Shown piece by piece: positions 50,860-62,926 of a stretch of 64,000 nucleotides of DNA. How positions within the stretch are numbered: the first letter of the stretch is position 1; every line of letters starts with the position of its first letter. The notes below the pieces were generated by a model that had not been told where the DNA came from, did not search any database, and saw only the letters and a list, made by a program, of their open reading frames with translations. The DNA is from Leucoraja ocellata. Taxonomy: Eukaryota. Where the stretch lies: contig JAWMAR010000145.1 in assembly GCA_036785375.1 (NCBI GenBank), positions 4,836,001 to 4,900,000 of the forward strand, written 5' to 3'. Made by a program: the position numbers and the translations under genes.

Positions 50860-51240
50860 CTATAAGACCATAAGTGCAGAATTACGCCTTTTGGCCTATT
50901 GTCTCTACTCCGCCATGGCGGATCTAGTTTTCCCTCTCAACCCATTCTCCTGCCTTCTCCCCTTAAACTTTGACGTCCATACTAATCAAGGACCGAGCAA
51001 TCTCTGCTTTAAAAATAACCATTGACTTGGCCTCCACAGCTGTCTGTGGTAGTGCATTCCACAAATTCAGCAAACTCCATTCTAAAGATACACCCATTTC
51101 TTCTGAGTTTTTGCTCTCTGGTTCGAGACTCTCCCAATACTGGAAACATCCTTTCCATCCACTCCACTCTATCTAGGCCTTTCATTATCCGGTAGGTTTC
51201 AATGAGATCTCCCCTCATCCTTCTAAACTCCAGTGAGTAC
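50860..51240 (-). mobile_element. CR1 3' fragment
   Basis: MRGDLIETYRIMKGLDR. Confidence 0.85.
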
Positions 51241-53134
51241 AGATGTTGTTCTTAAGACAGTGGAATCAAGGATCATGGAAGCTGGAAGAGAGCACTGAAT
51301 TTGAAAGATCAGCCATGCTCATGCTAAAAGGCAAAGAAGGCTCGCAGGGCTGAATGGATTCCTTCTGCAGTTATTTTTCACATTGGCCTCTATGTGTAAC
51401 TTGGTTTTAGCCCTCAACTCTGCAAACTGCTGATGCGGACTAGGTATTTACTGCACCTCATTATAAATCTGAGCCGAGTGTCCCCAAACAGGTTAATTTC
51501 CCCAAATAGGTTTGTAATATAAGGACTCATTAATGCAGTTACCTCAGTTATCAATGAACAATGCCTATTTAGTTGATTCATTCAAGGGTTGCAAACATAA
51601 TTGGCAAGGCTAAGATTCATGCTTATGCCTTATTGTCCCAGTGATAGGTCTCATGTCATGCACTGGACCAGACAAGGTCAAGGTCATAAGATGACTGTAA
51701 AGTTACTCCAGCACTTTGTGTTTCCAAGTTACTCCATCACTTTGTGTCTTTTTTATGTAAAAGTGAAAGACTTCCATCCCTAAAGAAAAATCTGTTTTTT
51801 CCACAATCTGGTAGTTTTATGGTTATCTTTATTGATTATAGCTTTTCTACTCCAGATATATACTAATTTATAAATTTGTCTCAAATGCTGTTGTGGTATT
51901 TAAACACAGATCAATGTTCCAGGCCACTGGGTAATAAGTTGGTTTGTTAACTGCCACACCAGACGACTGAGTTGTATAGTTACCCTCAGGCAAGGTTATG
52001 GGATACGAGTGGGTGCAGAGGCAATTAATAAAGTCACAAGTGTTCAATTGGAAGAAAGGATGATCGGACAAAGGGAAAAATAGTTTAGCTTGTGCTATGT
52101 GGGAACTAACAATCAATCTCATTACTGCTGTAGAGTTGGAATGAGTACTTTTACATTCCCTCGCTCCAGATTCAAGTAAATATTTTTCGACAAACTTTTT
52201 GCTAACTATTTCCTGTAGTTCTGTCTGCATTATTCGGTTACACTGTTTAATCTGAGGAAGAAGTGCAGACCTGAAATGTCATGACACCATACCACAGTGG
52301 AACTTCTTAATAGGAAGGATGTTTTTACTGAGAAATTATATATTGTTCAAAATTTTCTGCATGTTATGCAGGAACAATATTACATGGTAGTGATTGCAAG
52401 GTAATAAAATGTTTGAAGGACTCAGATGAAGCAATCAACTGCACGACTGATGTTTAATAACTCATATGAACTCTGAGGTCAGATTAAACCCTTGAAATTA
52501 TTCCACAGTATTTTATTAAATAAAAAAAAATGTACTCTTGAAATTCATAGACGTGTTTTCAATCAGTTTGAGGTGTTTTTTGCTGATGGTGACTGTCTTG
52601 GCAATTAGTGTGTTGCTTGTGTAACATTGAGAACACTGTGGAAATATTTAATTATTGATAACCAACAGATGGCTACTGAGAAATCACATTCAGTTTAAAA
52701 TAATGCATACCTATCTGAATTTTCTTTTGTGAATGTTTGTGAATAATTTCATTTTGTTGTCACATCAGCAGACAATGAACAGAAATACACATGTAATTTT
52801 TCTTTTGTACTGAGCAAAGTGAAGGTCAGGGCAAATAAATCAGTTTAATTCCAGTTTAGTTCCTCAGGATGACTCCCAGGTCAGGAAAAGACGCATAAAG
52901 AGTAGTGTGACATTTTTTCACCACCCAACAATATGTGCGGTTTGCATTATTGAGACATTCCTGTTAGACATTATGTTGATATTTATTGGGATACATTTTT
53001 GTATTTGTATTATACGCTAATGATTTTATGGTAGGACAACTATGGTACTGGTGGAAGATGAGCAACAAAGTATTCTACAGTCCTAGCCACTTCTCCATCT
53101 TCAGTAAATTCCACCAAAATCAGATTAAATGAAA

Positions 53135-53635
53135 GATACATGTCGGCTTTGGAAAGGGTGCAGAAGAGGTTTACCAGAATGCTGCCTGGAGTAGAGGGTA
53201 TTAAATATAAGCAGAGGTTGGACAATTGTGGATTGTTCTCCCTGGAGCGTCAGAGGTTGAGTTCACAAAATTGTGCAAGGCATACATCGGGTAGACAGCC
53301 AGAACCTGGTGTTCACCCAGATACCAGGGTAGAAACATCAAATACCAGAGGACAAGGTGAGATGGCGAAAATTTAAAGACAATGTGAAAGGTATGTTTCT
53401 TACACAGAAAGTAGAAGGTACCTAGAATGGCTTGCCAGAGGTAGTGGTGAAAGCAGGTTGAATGGATGATATTGGCATTTAGGAGACTTTTAGATAGGCA
53501 TGTGAATATGCAGGAAATGAACGGATGTGGATCACATGCAGGTAGCAGGTAGAAGGGATTATTTTTAGTAGGCAATATGTTTGGCACAGTCATTGTGGAC
53601 CAAAGGACTGTCCCTGTGCTTTATCATTCTAGGTT
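53135..53635 (+). mobile_element. Old CR1 3' fragment
   Basis: LERVQKRFTRMLPG...GLFSLERQRL. Confidence 0.8.
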
Positions 53636-55160
53636 CTTAAATGGTCATTCATCTCATTGCTATGTACAGAGCCATGCATGGAAAAAAATGTCTATTCTGT
53701 TTGACATTCCACGATAATCTTTATATTTCCAAATAATTAATTGAATCTGAAACAATTTCGAGATGTGCTTGGGAAGTATCGTCAGGTGCTATATAAATAC
53801 CAGAATATTTATTTTACTCGTTGGTGTGCGCCCAGAGGCATAATAAAGTTCCCTAATGAACTATTGACAGTGGGGGATGCATCATGGTGTCTGCTCATGC
53901 TGGCAGATTGGAAAGAATTGGTTGTGCATCCTGTACACACTTGTGAAATTGTTGAAAGATAGAAATGCAGAATCTAGCTGTTCTGAAGAAAGTAACTCCA
54001 ATCTCCCTGGTAATCTGGCACAGAGACGGGTTTTAATGTGTCTGGCTGGTCAAGTAGAGGGTGTGTTTAACTGAGTTCCTTAATAACTTGATATTGTGAA
54101 TGTGAAGAAAATGAATTCCAAGTTCATGCTCTAATGGTAGATGGGTCATTGTGGTCTTGTCATAACATTCTCCCGGGGCCCGATCTCTGACTTCCCATTT
54201 AATCCTTCATTTTGCTTTGAAATGTATTGTTGATTTTGGATGCGGATTGGAATCTATTCATTATGTGGGAGAGCTTCTTTTGTAAACAAATTCCTGTTCT
54301 TCCAGTTAGCCCCTCAGTATGTTCTGTTGCACAGATCATTAGTAAATTGACTGCTGTGTGCAGTTATAGGGCATCCCACAGTTGCAAAGTGCACAATATG
54401 ATTATCTTGCCTCTTCAATAACATAGCAATTTTATAATGGTTATAAACACTTAGGCTACTGATATATTTCTTCTTGCCAACCATGTTGAGCTTTAAGATG
54501 TTTTTAGCTCAAACAGTTTTGAAGCCCTAAAAAAAACACTTTTAACACTTTTTAAAGAGCCATCCGTGAGCAGCTTTAATGCTGCATATGAGATAATATT
54601 GAAAGAAGTAATAAAGACTTTGGGGGAGAATTGCTATGTGGGCCTTGTGCTCATCTGCTGCAACTTTAGTACATCCTCCAAAAACTTCATTGAGGTGGTA
54701 TAAATGTATAAAATTCACTGAAATTAAAGCGCCTGCAGAAATCCATCTTGATTTCTTTTCAATATTTTTTTACTCTTGGTTTTTCTTTTTCTTTGTCATG
54801 CTCTGTATTAACTATTGTTTGGACTTCTTTTCTCTCAACCTCATAAATATTTATGGAGGGAAAAAAACAATTATTTGTCAGTTTGCTTTGTCTTCCAGCC
54901 CCAAAATGCATCTGGAGGTTGCATAAATTGCAAAGCATTGACCTTTGATTGGCTGAAAGTGAAATCAGCAGCAATTAGCATTTGTGCAGGGTTGTGAATG
55001 TGAAGGAAAGGCTCAAGGGACTTCACTGAAGCTGAATGGAGGCAGAGAAGGAGGATGATAAATAACAGTGAGTTTATGTGACTACAGTTGGTGGAATGGA
55101 CATGCTTAGAAATGTAGCACCAGAGGGAAAGTGGCTTCTACAGCAAAAAAAGGGACAACT

Positions 55161-55925
55161 TTAGTTTAGTTTAGTTTCAAGATGCAGCATGTAAACAGGT
55201 CCACATATTAACATTATCCTACATACATTAGGGACAATTTTTACATTTATACCAAGCCAATTTACCTATAAACCTGTACACCTTTGGAGTGTGGGAGGAA
55301 ACCGAAGATCTCGGAGAAAACCCACGTGGTCACGAGGAGAACATACAAACTCCATACAAACAGCAACCTTAAGGGCCTTTCCCACTTGGGCGAGTTTGCC
55401 CTCGACTCATACTCACAGCATGGTTGACAAGAGGTCATAGGAGGTCTTCATAACTCTCCTTCATGCTCGACAGTGGTCTCCGTGTACCCGAGGCCTCAGC
55501 TAGGTTGTGCCGTCTTTTTGAATATGTTAAAAAATGCCCACGAGTAAAAAAAGGTAGTCGTGGAAAAAATCGATACTTTTTTTACTCGTAGTTTAGGCGT
55601 AGTAGGTCGTAGTCGGTCAGCGTAGGTCGGCATGTTAGTCGTAGGTAATCGAGGGTATTTGAAGGTAGTCGAAGGTAGTCTTCATGATAGTAGAAGGAGA
55701 TCGAAGGGGGTTATCATCACTCTCCACTATTCGGTGTCCAATTTTCCCGAAGTTAGTCGTAGCTAGTCTCAACATAGTCGAAGGAGGTCTTCAACATGTC
55801 ATTTTCTAAACTCGCCAATTAGGTCGCCCAAGTGAGACAGCCGTTTTAGCTGCGATCGAACCCGAATCTGCAGTGCTGCAAGCGCTGTAAGGCAGCAACT
55901 CCACCGCTGCACCACTGTGCTGCCC
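55161..55925 (-). mobile_element. V-SINE split by a Harbinger-like MITE
   Basis: Tail and V-domain at 55161-55368, head at 55849-55925. Confidence 0.85.
55372..55845. mobile_element. PIF/Harbinger-like MITE (474 bp)
   Basis: Imperfect TIR AGGGCCTTTCCCACTTGGGCGA; TTA on both sides (55369-55371, 55846-55848); internal gtagtcg/gtaggtc repeats. Confidence 0.8.
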
Positions 55926-56161
55926 TTGTATTGTTTTCTGGAGCATCAGAGGCTGAGAAGGGATCTGCCAAAAAATCATAACATTATGAGGGACATAGAT
56001 AGGGTAGAAAGTTAGAACCTTGTTCCTGGTGTGGAAATGTCAAAGACAAGAGGGCGTAGTTTTTGGGCGAGAGAGCAGAGTTTAAAGGAGATGGGCAGGG
56101 AAAGTATTTTACACAGAGAAATTCAAAAAACGACACTATAAGCTGCAGTAAATCTGTGATC

Positions 56162-56343
56162 AAGCAGTATCTCTGGAGATTATGTATATGTAACATTTCA
56201 GATCTGGACTCTTCATTCTGAAGAAGGGTCTCCAACTGAAATGTCGCCTATTCCTTCACTCCATAGATACTGCCTCACCAGCTGAGTTTCTCCGGTTTTT
56301 ATGTCTACCTTCGATTTTTCCAGCATCTGCAGTTCTTTCGTAA
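56162..56343. mobile_element. Penelope-derived insert with inverted arm (hammerhead at 56218)
   Basis: ctgaagaagggtctccaactgaaatgtcgcc. Confidence 0.75.
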
Positions 56344-56454
56344 TCACTTTTTCATTGAGTGGTGAGTTAGGTTTACTCCAAGTGGCATGGAGTAAAAAAT
56401 AATTGAAGTCATGCTAAGATTATTCAGAGGTTTGGTGAGAATTTATTTAGAATA

Positions 56455-56740
56455 GCCTCAGAATAAAAGGGCATACCTTTAGAAAGGACATGAGGAGGAA
56501 TTTATTTAGTCAGAGTGTAGTGAATCTGTGGAATTCATTGCCGCAGACAGCTGTGTGTCCAAGTCACTGTATCTTTTTAAGGCGGAGTTTGACAGATTCT
56601 TGATTAGTATTGGTGACAGGGGTTATGAGGATAAGGCAGGAGAATGGGTTGAGAGGGAAAGATAGATCAGACATGATTGAATACCCAGTAGACTTGATGG
56701 GCTGAATGGCCTAATTCTGCTACTAGAACTTATGAACTTG
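56455..56740 (+). mobile_element. CR1 3' fragment
   Basis: gtgaatctgtggaattcattgcc...ggcctaattctgct...ttatgaac. Confidence 0.8.
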
Positions 56741-56852
56741 TGTAACGCGCACTGTTTTGGTCTCCACATACCTAAAGAAGAATATATTGTCTTTGAAGAT
56801 AGAGCAACATAAACTCACTGCAATATTCCCTGGGACAGGAAGGAGACGAGTA

Positions 56853-57556
56853 GAGATCAGAATCAGAATAGTACTTTATTTGCCAAGTATGTTTTGCAAC
56901 ATATGAGGAGTTTCATTTGCCAGGTCAGTCATACAAATAAAAGTAATGGAACAAAACACATTTTAACATGAACATCCACCACAGTGACTCCTACACATTC
57001 CTCACTGTGATGGAAGATGAAATTAAGTTCAAGTTTCTTCCCTTTGTTTTTCCGCGGTTGGGAGCCTCGAGCCCTCCATTGACGGGATGATCATGACTCC
57101 CGTAGCTGGCAGCGTTTGGGCCCTCCGCGTCGAGGTGATCAGCTCTTGCACAGGGGGGATGTCAGCTCCCCCGTGCTGGACGATCGAACCTCGCGTCGGG
57201 GCTGGTCGAACTTTCCACAACGTTGGAGCTCCCGACTCGGCCTCCCCCTTGACTGCGAGCCCTTGATGGTAAATCCGCAGGCCATGATTGGAGCGATCCC
57301 AGACAAGGGATCAGCTCCGATGTTAAGGCCGCGTCCCTCTGTGGGGCTCACGACAGTCCGAGGAGGCCTCCAGCTTCATCGATGGCAGGCCGCAAAGCAC
57401 CCAGAGAATGCAATGCAAAATCAATCGCATCTCCGGCAAGGTGAGAACCTGAAAAAAAGTTTCTCCCGATCCCCTCGCCCTCCCCCTAAATAAGACAAAC
57501 CGAAGAACATTAAAACAAACTTTTAACAAACACTAAAAATAGAAAAAAGATGAAGA
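56853..57556 (-). mobile_element. Unclassified non-autonomous retroelement (LINE-like tail + GC-rich body)
   Basis: Minus-strand caaataaagtactattctgattctgat tail; CpG-rich segment at 57050-57490. Confidence 0.45.
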
Positions 57557-58499
57557 CAGGAGAATGGGATTGAGAGGGAAAGATAGATCCGTCATGATTG
57601 AATGGTGGAGTAGACTTGATGTGCCAAATGGCCTAATTTTGCTCCTGGAACTTATGAAAGGGAGGAACAGCTAAATATGATTCTGTAAATTCAAGTTAAG
57701 CAAACTTAGAACATACAGGGTATATATTTTTTTCAATTTTTATTTCAGTGGCTTTAAAAAATATCTATATAACTAAAAGTCTCATCTTGACCACTTCCTG
57801 TCTGCGCTGAATATTGATTTTAGAAAAAAATGCTACCATATATCGCTATGATTTTTGGCCATCTTACTCACAGTCCTCCTCTGCTGAGGTAGCCCCGAGG
57901 AATTTTCCAATCGATGGAAAAAAAAAGTTATAAATGTTTAAAAAATCTTGAGATAAACTGATTGGTCCTCTCGCCTGTCAATCACCACTATGAATGTAAT
58001 ACCCCTTCCGGGGGGGGGGGGGGGGGCAGGCCTATATAACCCTGGATGCCTGGACATGAATCAGTCACTGAAATATCGTGAGGGAGAGTCCACAACTGTG
58101 ATTTTAAAATGAATCTACTGAACTGTGAGTCTGCAATGTACTTGCAATAAATTATTTGTTTGCCGTTAATGACAATGCGATGGGTTGTTTGGCAATTTGG
58201 TGGTCTGCACTCTGCCTGAAATGTGATGAGATTGAGTTTGGTGGCCTGCACTCTGCCTGAAATGCTATAAAATAGTAAGATTAAATGAGAACTTACCAGT
58301 TCGAAGTTTGATCTGTATTTTGTGAGGAGTTACGGTGAGGGATCACGTGAAGAACCCGTCCAGCACGCATGCGTGGCATACTTCAAAGCAACCATGTGGA
58401 ATCACAGAAGACACAATAATTGAAAGAAACATAGTAAAGAAAAAGAGAACTTATCTGATGCCTGAGTTGATCTCTATAATTGAGGATGGGAGTGGAGGG

Positions 58500-58612
58500 C
58501 ACATAATCCCTCATTGTAATTCCTCATAAAATACAGATCAAACTTCGAACTGCTAAGTTCTCGTTTAATCTTACTATTTTACTTCGGAGTCACGTGAGTG
58601 ACTACGTGAAGA
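58500..58612. other. DIRS internal complementary region (ICR)
   Basis: First part is the reverse complement of 58269-58349, second part the reverse complement of 62537-62573. Confidence 0.92.
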
Positions 58613-58794
58613 TTTTAAAGCTCTGTGATTTCAAACCGTGTAACAGTTCATACTTCACTCGCTGCCAAAGTCATTCGAGGGAGGAAGTATGTTATCGTAA
58701 TCAACCATGAATCTGTTTGTAAAACAATAATGGTGTTATTAACAATAACAAGACCAAAATGCTCCCCCGGGCTTTAATTATATATTTGCAGATT

Positions 58795-59480
58795 CTAATA
58801 CTTTTTCTGCAAATGATACAGTTTCTGCCAGCGGCTTGTTATAAAAGTTTGGAACGTATACTCCCTAGACCACCCTGCTGTAGCCAGGATGTGGTCCATA
58901 GGCACGTCCATTCTCTTAGTCATCGATGTGGATGCTGCCCTGGTGGAGTAAGATTTATACATGTTAGTATTTACTCCAGCAATTCCCAGTACCTGCTTGA
59001 GCCACTTGAGATAGTTTGGCTCGTCACCCAACCATGAGGTTTCTTGTGGCTGACCCATAAGGCTTTTTCTATCCCTTGGGGATTTCTTATTGTGTCGATG
59101 TAATTCAATAAATGGGTCATGACACATAACCGTGGTTCAGGTGGGTATGCCTTGAATTCCATGACTGGACCTGATGTTCCTGGTCTGCTCTGTTTGACCA
59201 GCCCCTGAATGGTAAATGTGACACGGTCTGGTGTTATAACCATATTGTCCAATCATAGTAGATGGAGGAACTGAACTCTTTGTGCTGAGACAAGGTCATC
59301 AGCCTGACCGTCTTCAGGGTAGGCTGTTCCAAGGTGAGGGACCTGGCTGGTGACCATCCCCTAAGGTACGTCAGGACCACACTGACATCCCAGATTTGGA
59401 TGTACCTAGGTCTAGGGGATTAGAGTTGAATATGCCTCTCATGAGTTTGATCACCAGCGGTTGGGACCCTAGTGGTTGTG
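58795..59480 (-). pseudogene. DIRS tyrosine recombinase remnant
   Basis: WDVSVVL...YPPEPRLCV...WLKQVL..AGV...(H>Y)STRAASTS...ILATAGWS...TF..F. Confidence 0.9.
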
Positions 59481-59639
59481 GCTGTGTGGGCCAGTCGGGT
59501 ACTATCAAAATACCTGAAGCAGAGTCCATCTGTATTTTGCGTAGTACCCGAATGATGAGGCCGTAGTACCTGACTGATGAGGTAGAAAAGGGGAGAACAT
59601 AGAGATTAGATTCCCCCCCCCCCCCCCGTTCAGCGGGAA

Positions 59640-60760
59640 TGTATCCATTGCCGCTGCCTCAAGGTCTGGTTTCATGCGACATACATCGGTACGCGGTGAT
59701 TCAATTGGAATACAAGGAAATCGATATCTGGTGTTCCATATTGCTTTGTAATTTCAGCAAATACTTTGGTTTAATATGTCTGTTTACAGTATTTAGCTCA
59801 CCTGGTAGGTAAGTTGCTGATGGTCAAATATGTTTGACGACATACGGTTACCAATTGTTAAATAAATTGTCACATGATATTGATTTTATTCCACCCAAGT
59901 GGTTTGGTATATGCCACCACTGTGATGTTGTTAATTTATAAACGAACATGCAAAATGGTGCACTGCTGAGCAATATGCTTTTACCCATAGAACGTACTCA
60001 ATATTTCCAACTAGGTTTTATGTCCAGTGTCTGTAGTGATGATGACTCCAGATTAGTCCATTTACCACCTGTTCTGGGTATCGGTTATTTTGTTTAAACA
60101 CTAGCACCTTAGCTCTAATGGAAAGGTTCAAGTTAAGTAGCTGGTAATGCTGCTACTAATTCCCAATTACTCTTGCCACTTTGTGGAATGGTTGGTTGAT
60201 TGTTACCATTAATTGTTACAGGTTGTGCCATACGCTGACTCTCCTTTTGGCAACGTTATAGACAAGTGGATAGAGTTAATTGAATACCAGCTAGTCCATA
60301 GTTGTGGATGGTGTCAACGTTGATTTATCTGGATTGTGTGACAGAGCCCAGGCTAAATAAGTTTTAGTAGCTAATGCTGCTGATTTAGCTATTTCCATGG
60401 TTTTGTCTGTCGTTAATATCATAGAGACATGCCATGACGATATGTTCCTTAATAGTGTCAGGGCTGGTTTGAATATCTTGGAAAACAGTTTTGGCTCATA
60501 TTTAGCCACTGTCAATAATTTATACTGCCATAGTTACCCCATCCAGGTAAATTGTGGTATCTCTGAAGATCTTTTATGAATGGGTACTGAATAGTATGCA
60601 TCTTTTAAGTCGATGTCTACCATAAAGTATCCTAGGAAATCCATGGTTATCAGTTACAAGTTTCCATAAAGTGTGTATACCTGGTGAAAATATTCAAGTG
60701 GTTAAGTCAATGATGGTGTGACATTCACCATCTTTGGGGTTTTTGGTACCAAAGGTTCAT
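59640..60760 (-). pseudogene. DIRS RT/RNase H/methyltransferase-like remnant
   Basis: DLKDAYY at 60591-60611; PKLFSKIFKP; YGTPDIDF at about 59717-59740; many frameshifts. Confidence 0.8.
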
Positions 60761-62568
60761 ATTAGACTTCTTTATGACCCCTTTGTATATCTTCTCCAGT
60801 TAGCTAGTCCCTCATGTTCTTTTTTTAGTGGGAGGGTAAACCCCTTTGGGGTGCGTGCTGAACTGGTGGCAAGTTTCTTAATTCAATTTTTATCCTTGAA
60901 TACTTTTGGTACATAACTACCAAGTGTGATAGTTCTTCATGCTTCCAAACCCAGGTGTGATTCCCCCCCCCCCCCCCCTTGTTAGTACAAACCCTTCACC
61001 TTTTATGTGATGGTAGGAACCATACTTATCTGTCTTCACTGTTGTTTAGTGGTGTGTTCATTTCTTCGGTTTCTGGTTCCTTGTCTGTCGAGATGGTGTT
61101 GTTGGGGGGTGGCACATTTTCCATGGGGCCCGCTCTGGACCCTGGCCTGAAAAGGCTTACGGGGGCTAGCATGCGGGCCCCGAGCTTTCACCAGTACCAG
61201 TAAGTAGGCGCCTACTGGTGGACGTGTGGAGGTACTGCTGTCTGGTTTTGTGTGGTTTGCTCATTCCAGGCCCTGTCCTCATGATGCCGAATATCTTGGA
61301 TACTTCGTCCAATTTTTAGACTTGATTTGGTAAATTTACCAGATAGCAGCATCTGTGGTTGTGAGGTCGGCGTTCTCACAGTTCTGTGAATTTTTTAGGT
61401 TGAGGGCAGGTTTTATGACTTCCTTCAAGAGGTTGTGGATCACATACTGTGATGAACAGTAGGGTCAGGTGTTTTGCCATACTACCCTGCCCCTCTGGAA
61501 TGAGCATGCGAAAATGATAGCCGACATCAGGGGCATCAAATGCAATTTAAGATATTTGGGTTTTTAAATGCCCTGCTCAATGTACCCCAAATAATAGTAG
61601 GCACTTTGTGTAAATGCAATTTTGGGGAGGCGTGATAAAATCCAACGCCTCATGACTACCTGTCTTGGAGAGGTTTTTTGGAAAGACAGGTCGTAAGCTG
61701 GCCGTCAATTTAGACTGAAAGGGCCATCTCGCTCATGGTGTAGCCACGTAGCGGTATCTCACACCCAGTAGCTCCTCCTGATCCTGTACCTCAAGCATAC
61801 TCCCGATGTTGTTCAGCCAGTGACCCCTCTTCTTGACCAGCCCAGCCCTGGTCGCCATCAATCTCCTCTGATGAGGGAGATGGCCAGTGCTGTTAGTGCA
61901 CTGGAGCGGGAGTGTTATGCTCCCTTGGCGAACTTGCCCCAGCTCCCGAGGCAAGCCTCGCTGGAGCTTTTACTCCATGACCTTTCTCTAGGCTTGGAAA
62001 ACAGACACTTACTCACTCTCGAGCGCTAGTTTGAAGTGCCGGTTCCATCTTCCGTGTCTGTCTCCAGCCCGAGGTTTGATTGCTGACTTTGCTCTAGAGG
62101 CTGCCTGCCGTTTTCGGGCAGCTTTGCTGCCGTTCTCGGGCGGTGAGTCTCCTTGATGGGAGTATGCAGGGATTACCGGCCGGTTTTTGAATTTCCCTCC
62201 AGTCTGCTGCTGTTGGTCAGACAGCTGTTAGCGGACTGGGCATCGGCTCAGTACCCGACTGTGGACCGCAGCGTGTGCGGTCCAGGTGCCGCCTCTCGCC
62301 CCCTCCACTGACGGAACACTCCTTCCCTGGAGTCGAACGGGGGCCGTTTCCCTCTGTGCTGCTTTGCTCCAGTTTCCCCTGGTGCACAAAGAGGAGCAAA
62401 GTTGTGAGTTTGAACCTGTGGGTAAGTACTTACCTAACGGTCCATTCCTTCAAGCTTGTAGCGGGAGCACCCGTGCTCCCGTTCGTCGCTGTTGTACTCC
62501 GTGAATGCTCATGTCGCGCATGCATGCTGGATGGGTTCTTCACGTAGTCACTCACGTGACTCCGAAGT

Positions 62569-62690
62569 GAAATTGAGTTTGGTGGCCTGCACTCTGCCTG
62601 AAATGCTATGAAATTGAGTTTGGTGGCCTGCACTCTGCTTCAAATGCTATTAAACTGGATTTGGTCGGCTGCAAGCTGCTTGAAATGGAA
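62569..62690 (+). repeat. 40-bp minisatellite of the Helitron (continues at 58192-58268)
   Basis: gaaattgagtttggtggcctgcactctgcctgaaatgctat units on both sides of the DIRS. Confidence 0.9.
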
Positions 62691-62707
62691 TTTCAAGGAA
62701 TAGCCAT

Positions 62708-62926
62708 GAGTGAACTACCAGCCCACCAGCCCCGAGTGACTGATCTGCCAGCCCACCAGCCCTGAGTGACTGATCTGCCAGCCCACCAGCCCTGAGTGAC
62801 TGAGCTGTCAGCCCACCAACCCTGAGTGACTGAGCTGCCAGCCCACCAGCCCTGAGTGACTGAGCTGCCAGCCCACCAGCGCTGGGTGACTGAGCTGCCA
62901 GCCCACCAGCCCTGAGTGACTGTGCT
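62708..62926 (+). repeat. 30-bp minisatellite, about 7 copies
   Basis: gagtgactgagctgccagcccaccagccct repeated head to tail. Confidence 0.95.

Larger units (their letters stand above)
58269..62568 (-). mobile_element. DIRS1-type tyrosine-recombinase retrotransposon, structurally complete, ORFs decayed
   Basis: ITR cores 58345-58379 and 62511-62545 (35 bp, 4 mismatches); ICR at 58500-58612; YR, RT and methyltransferase-like remnants. Confidence 0.93.

Noticed and set aside
62708-62926. 30-bp and 40-bp repeats as a CRISPR array
   Set aside because: Head-to-tail units with no unique spacers, eukaryotic context, inside a Helitron
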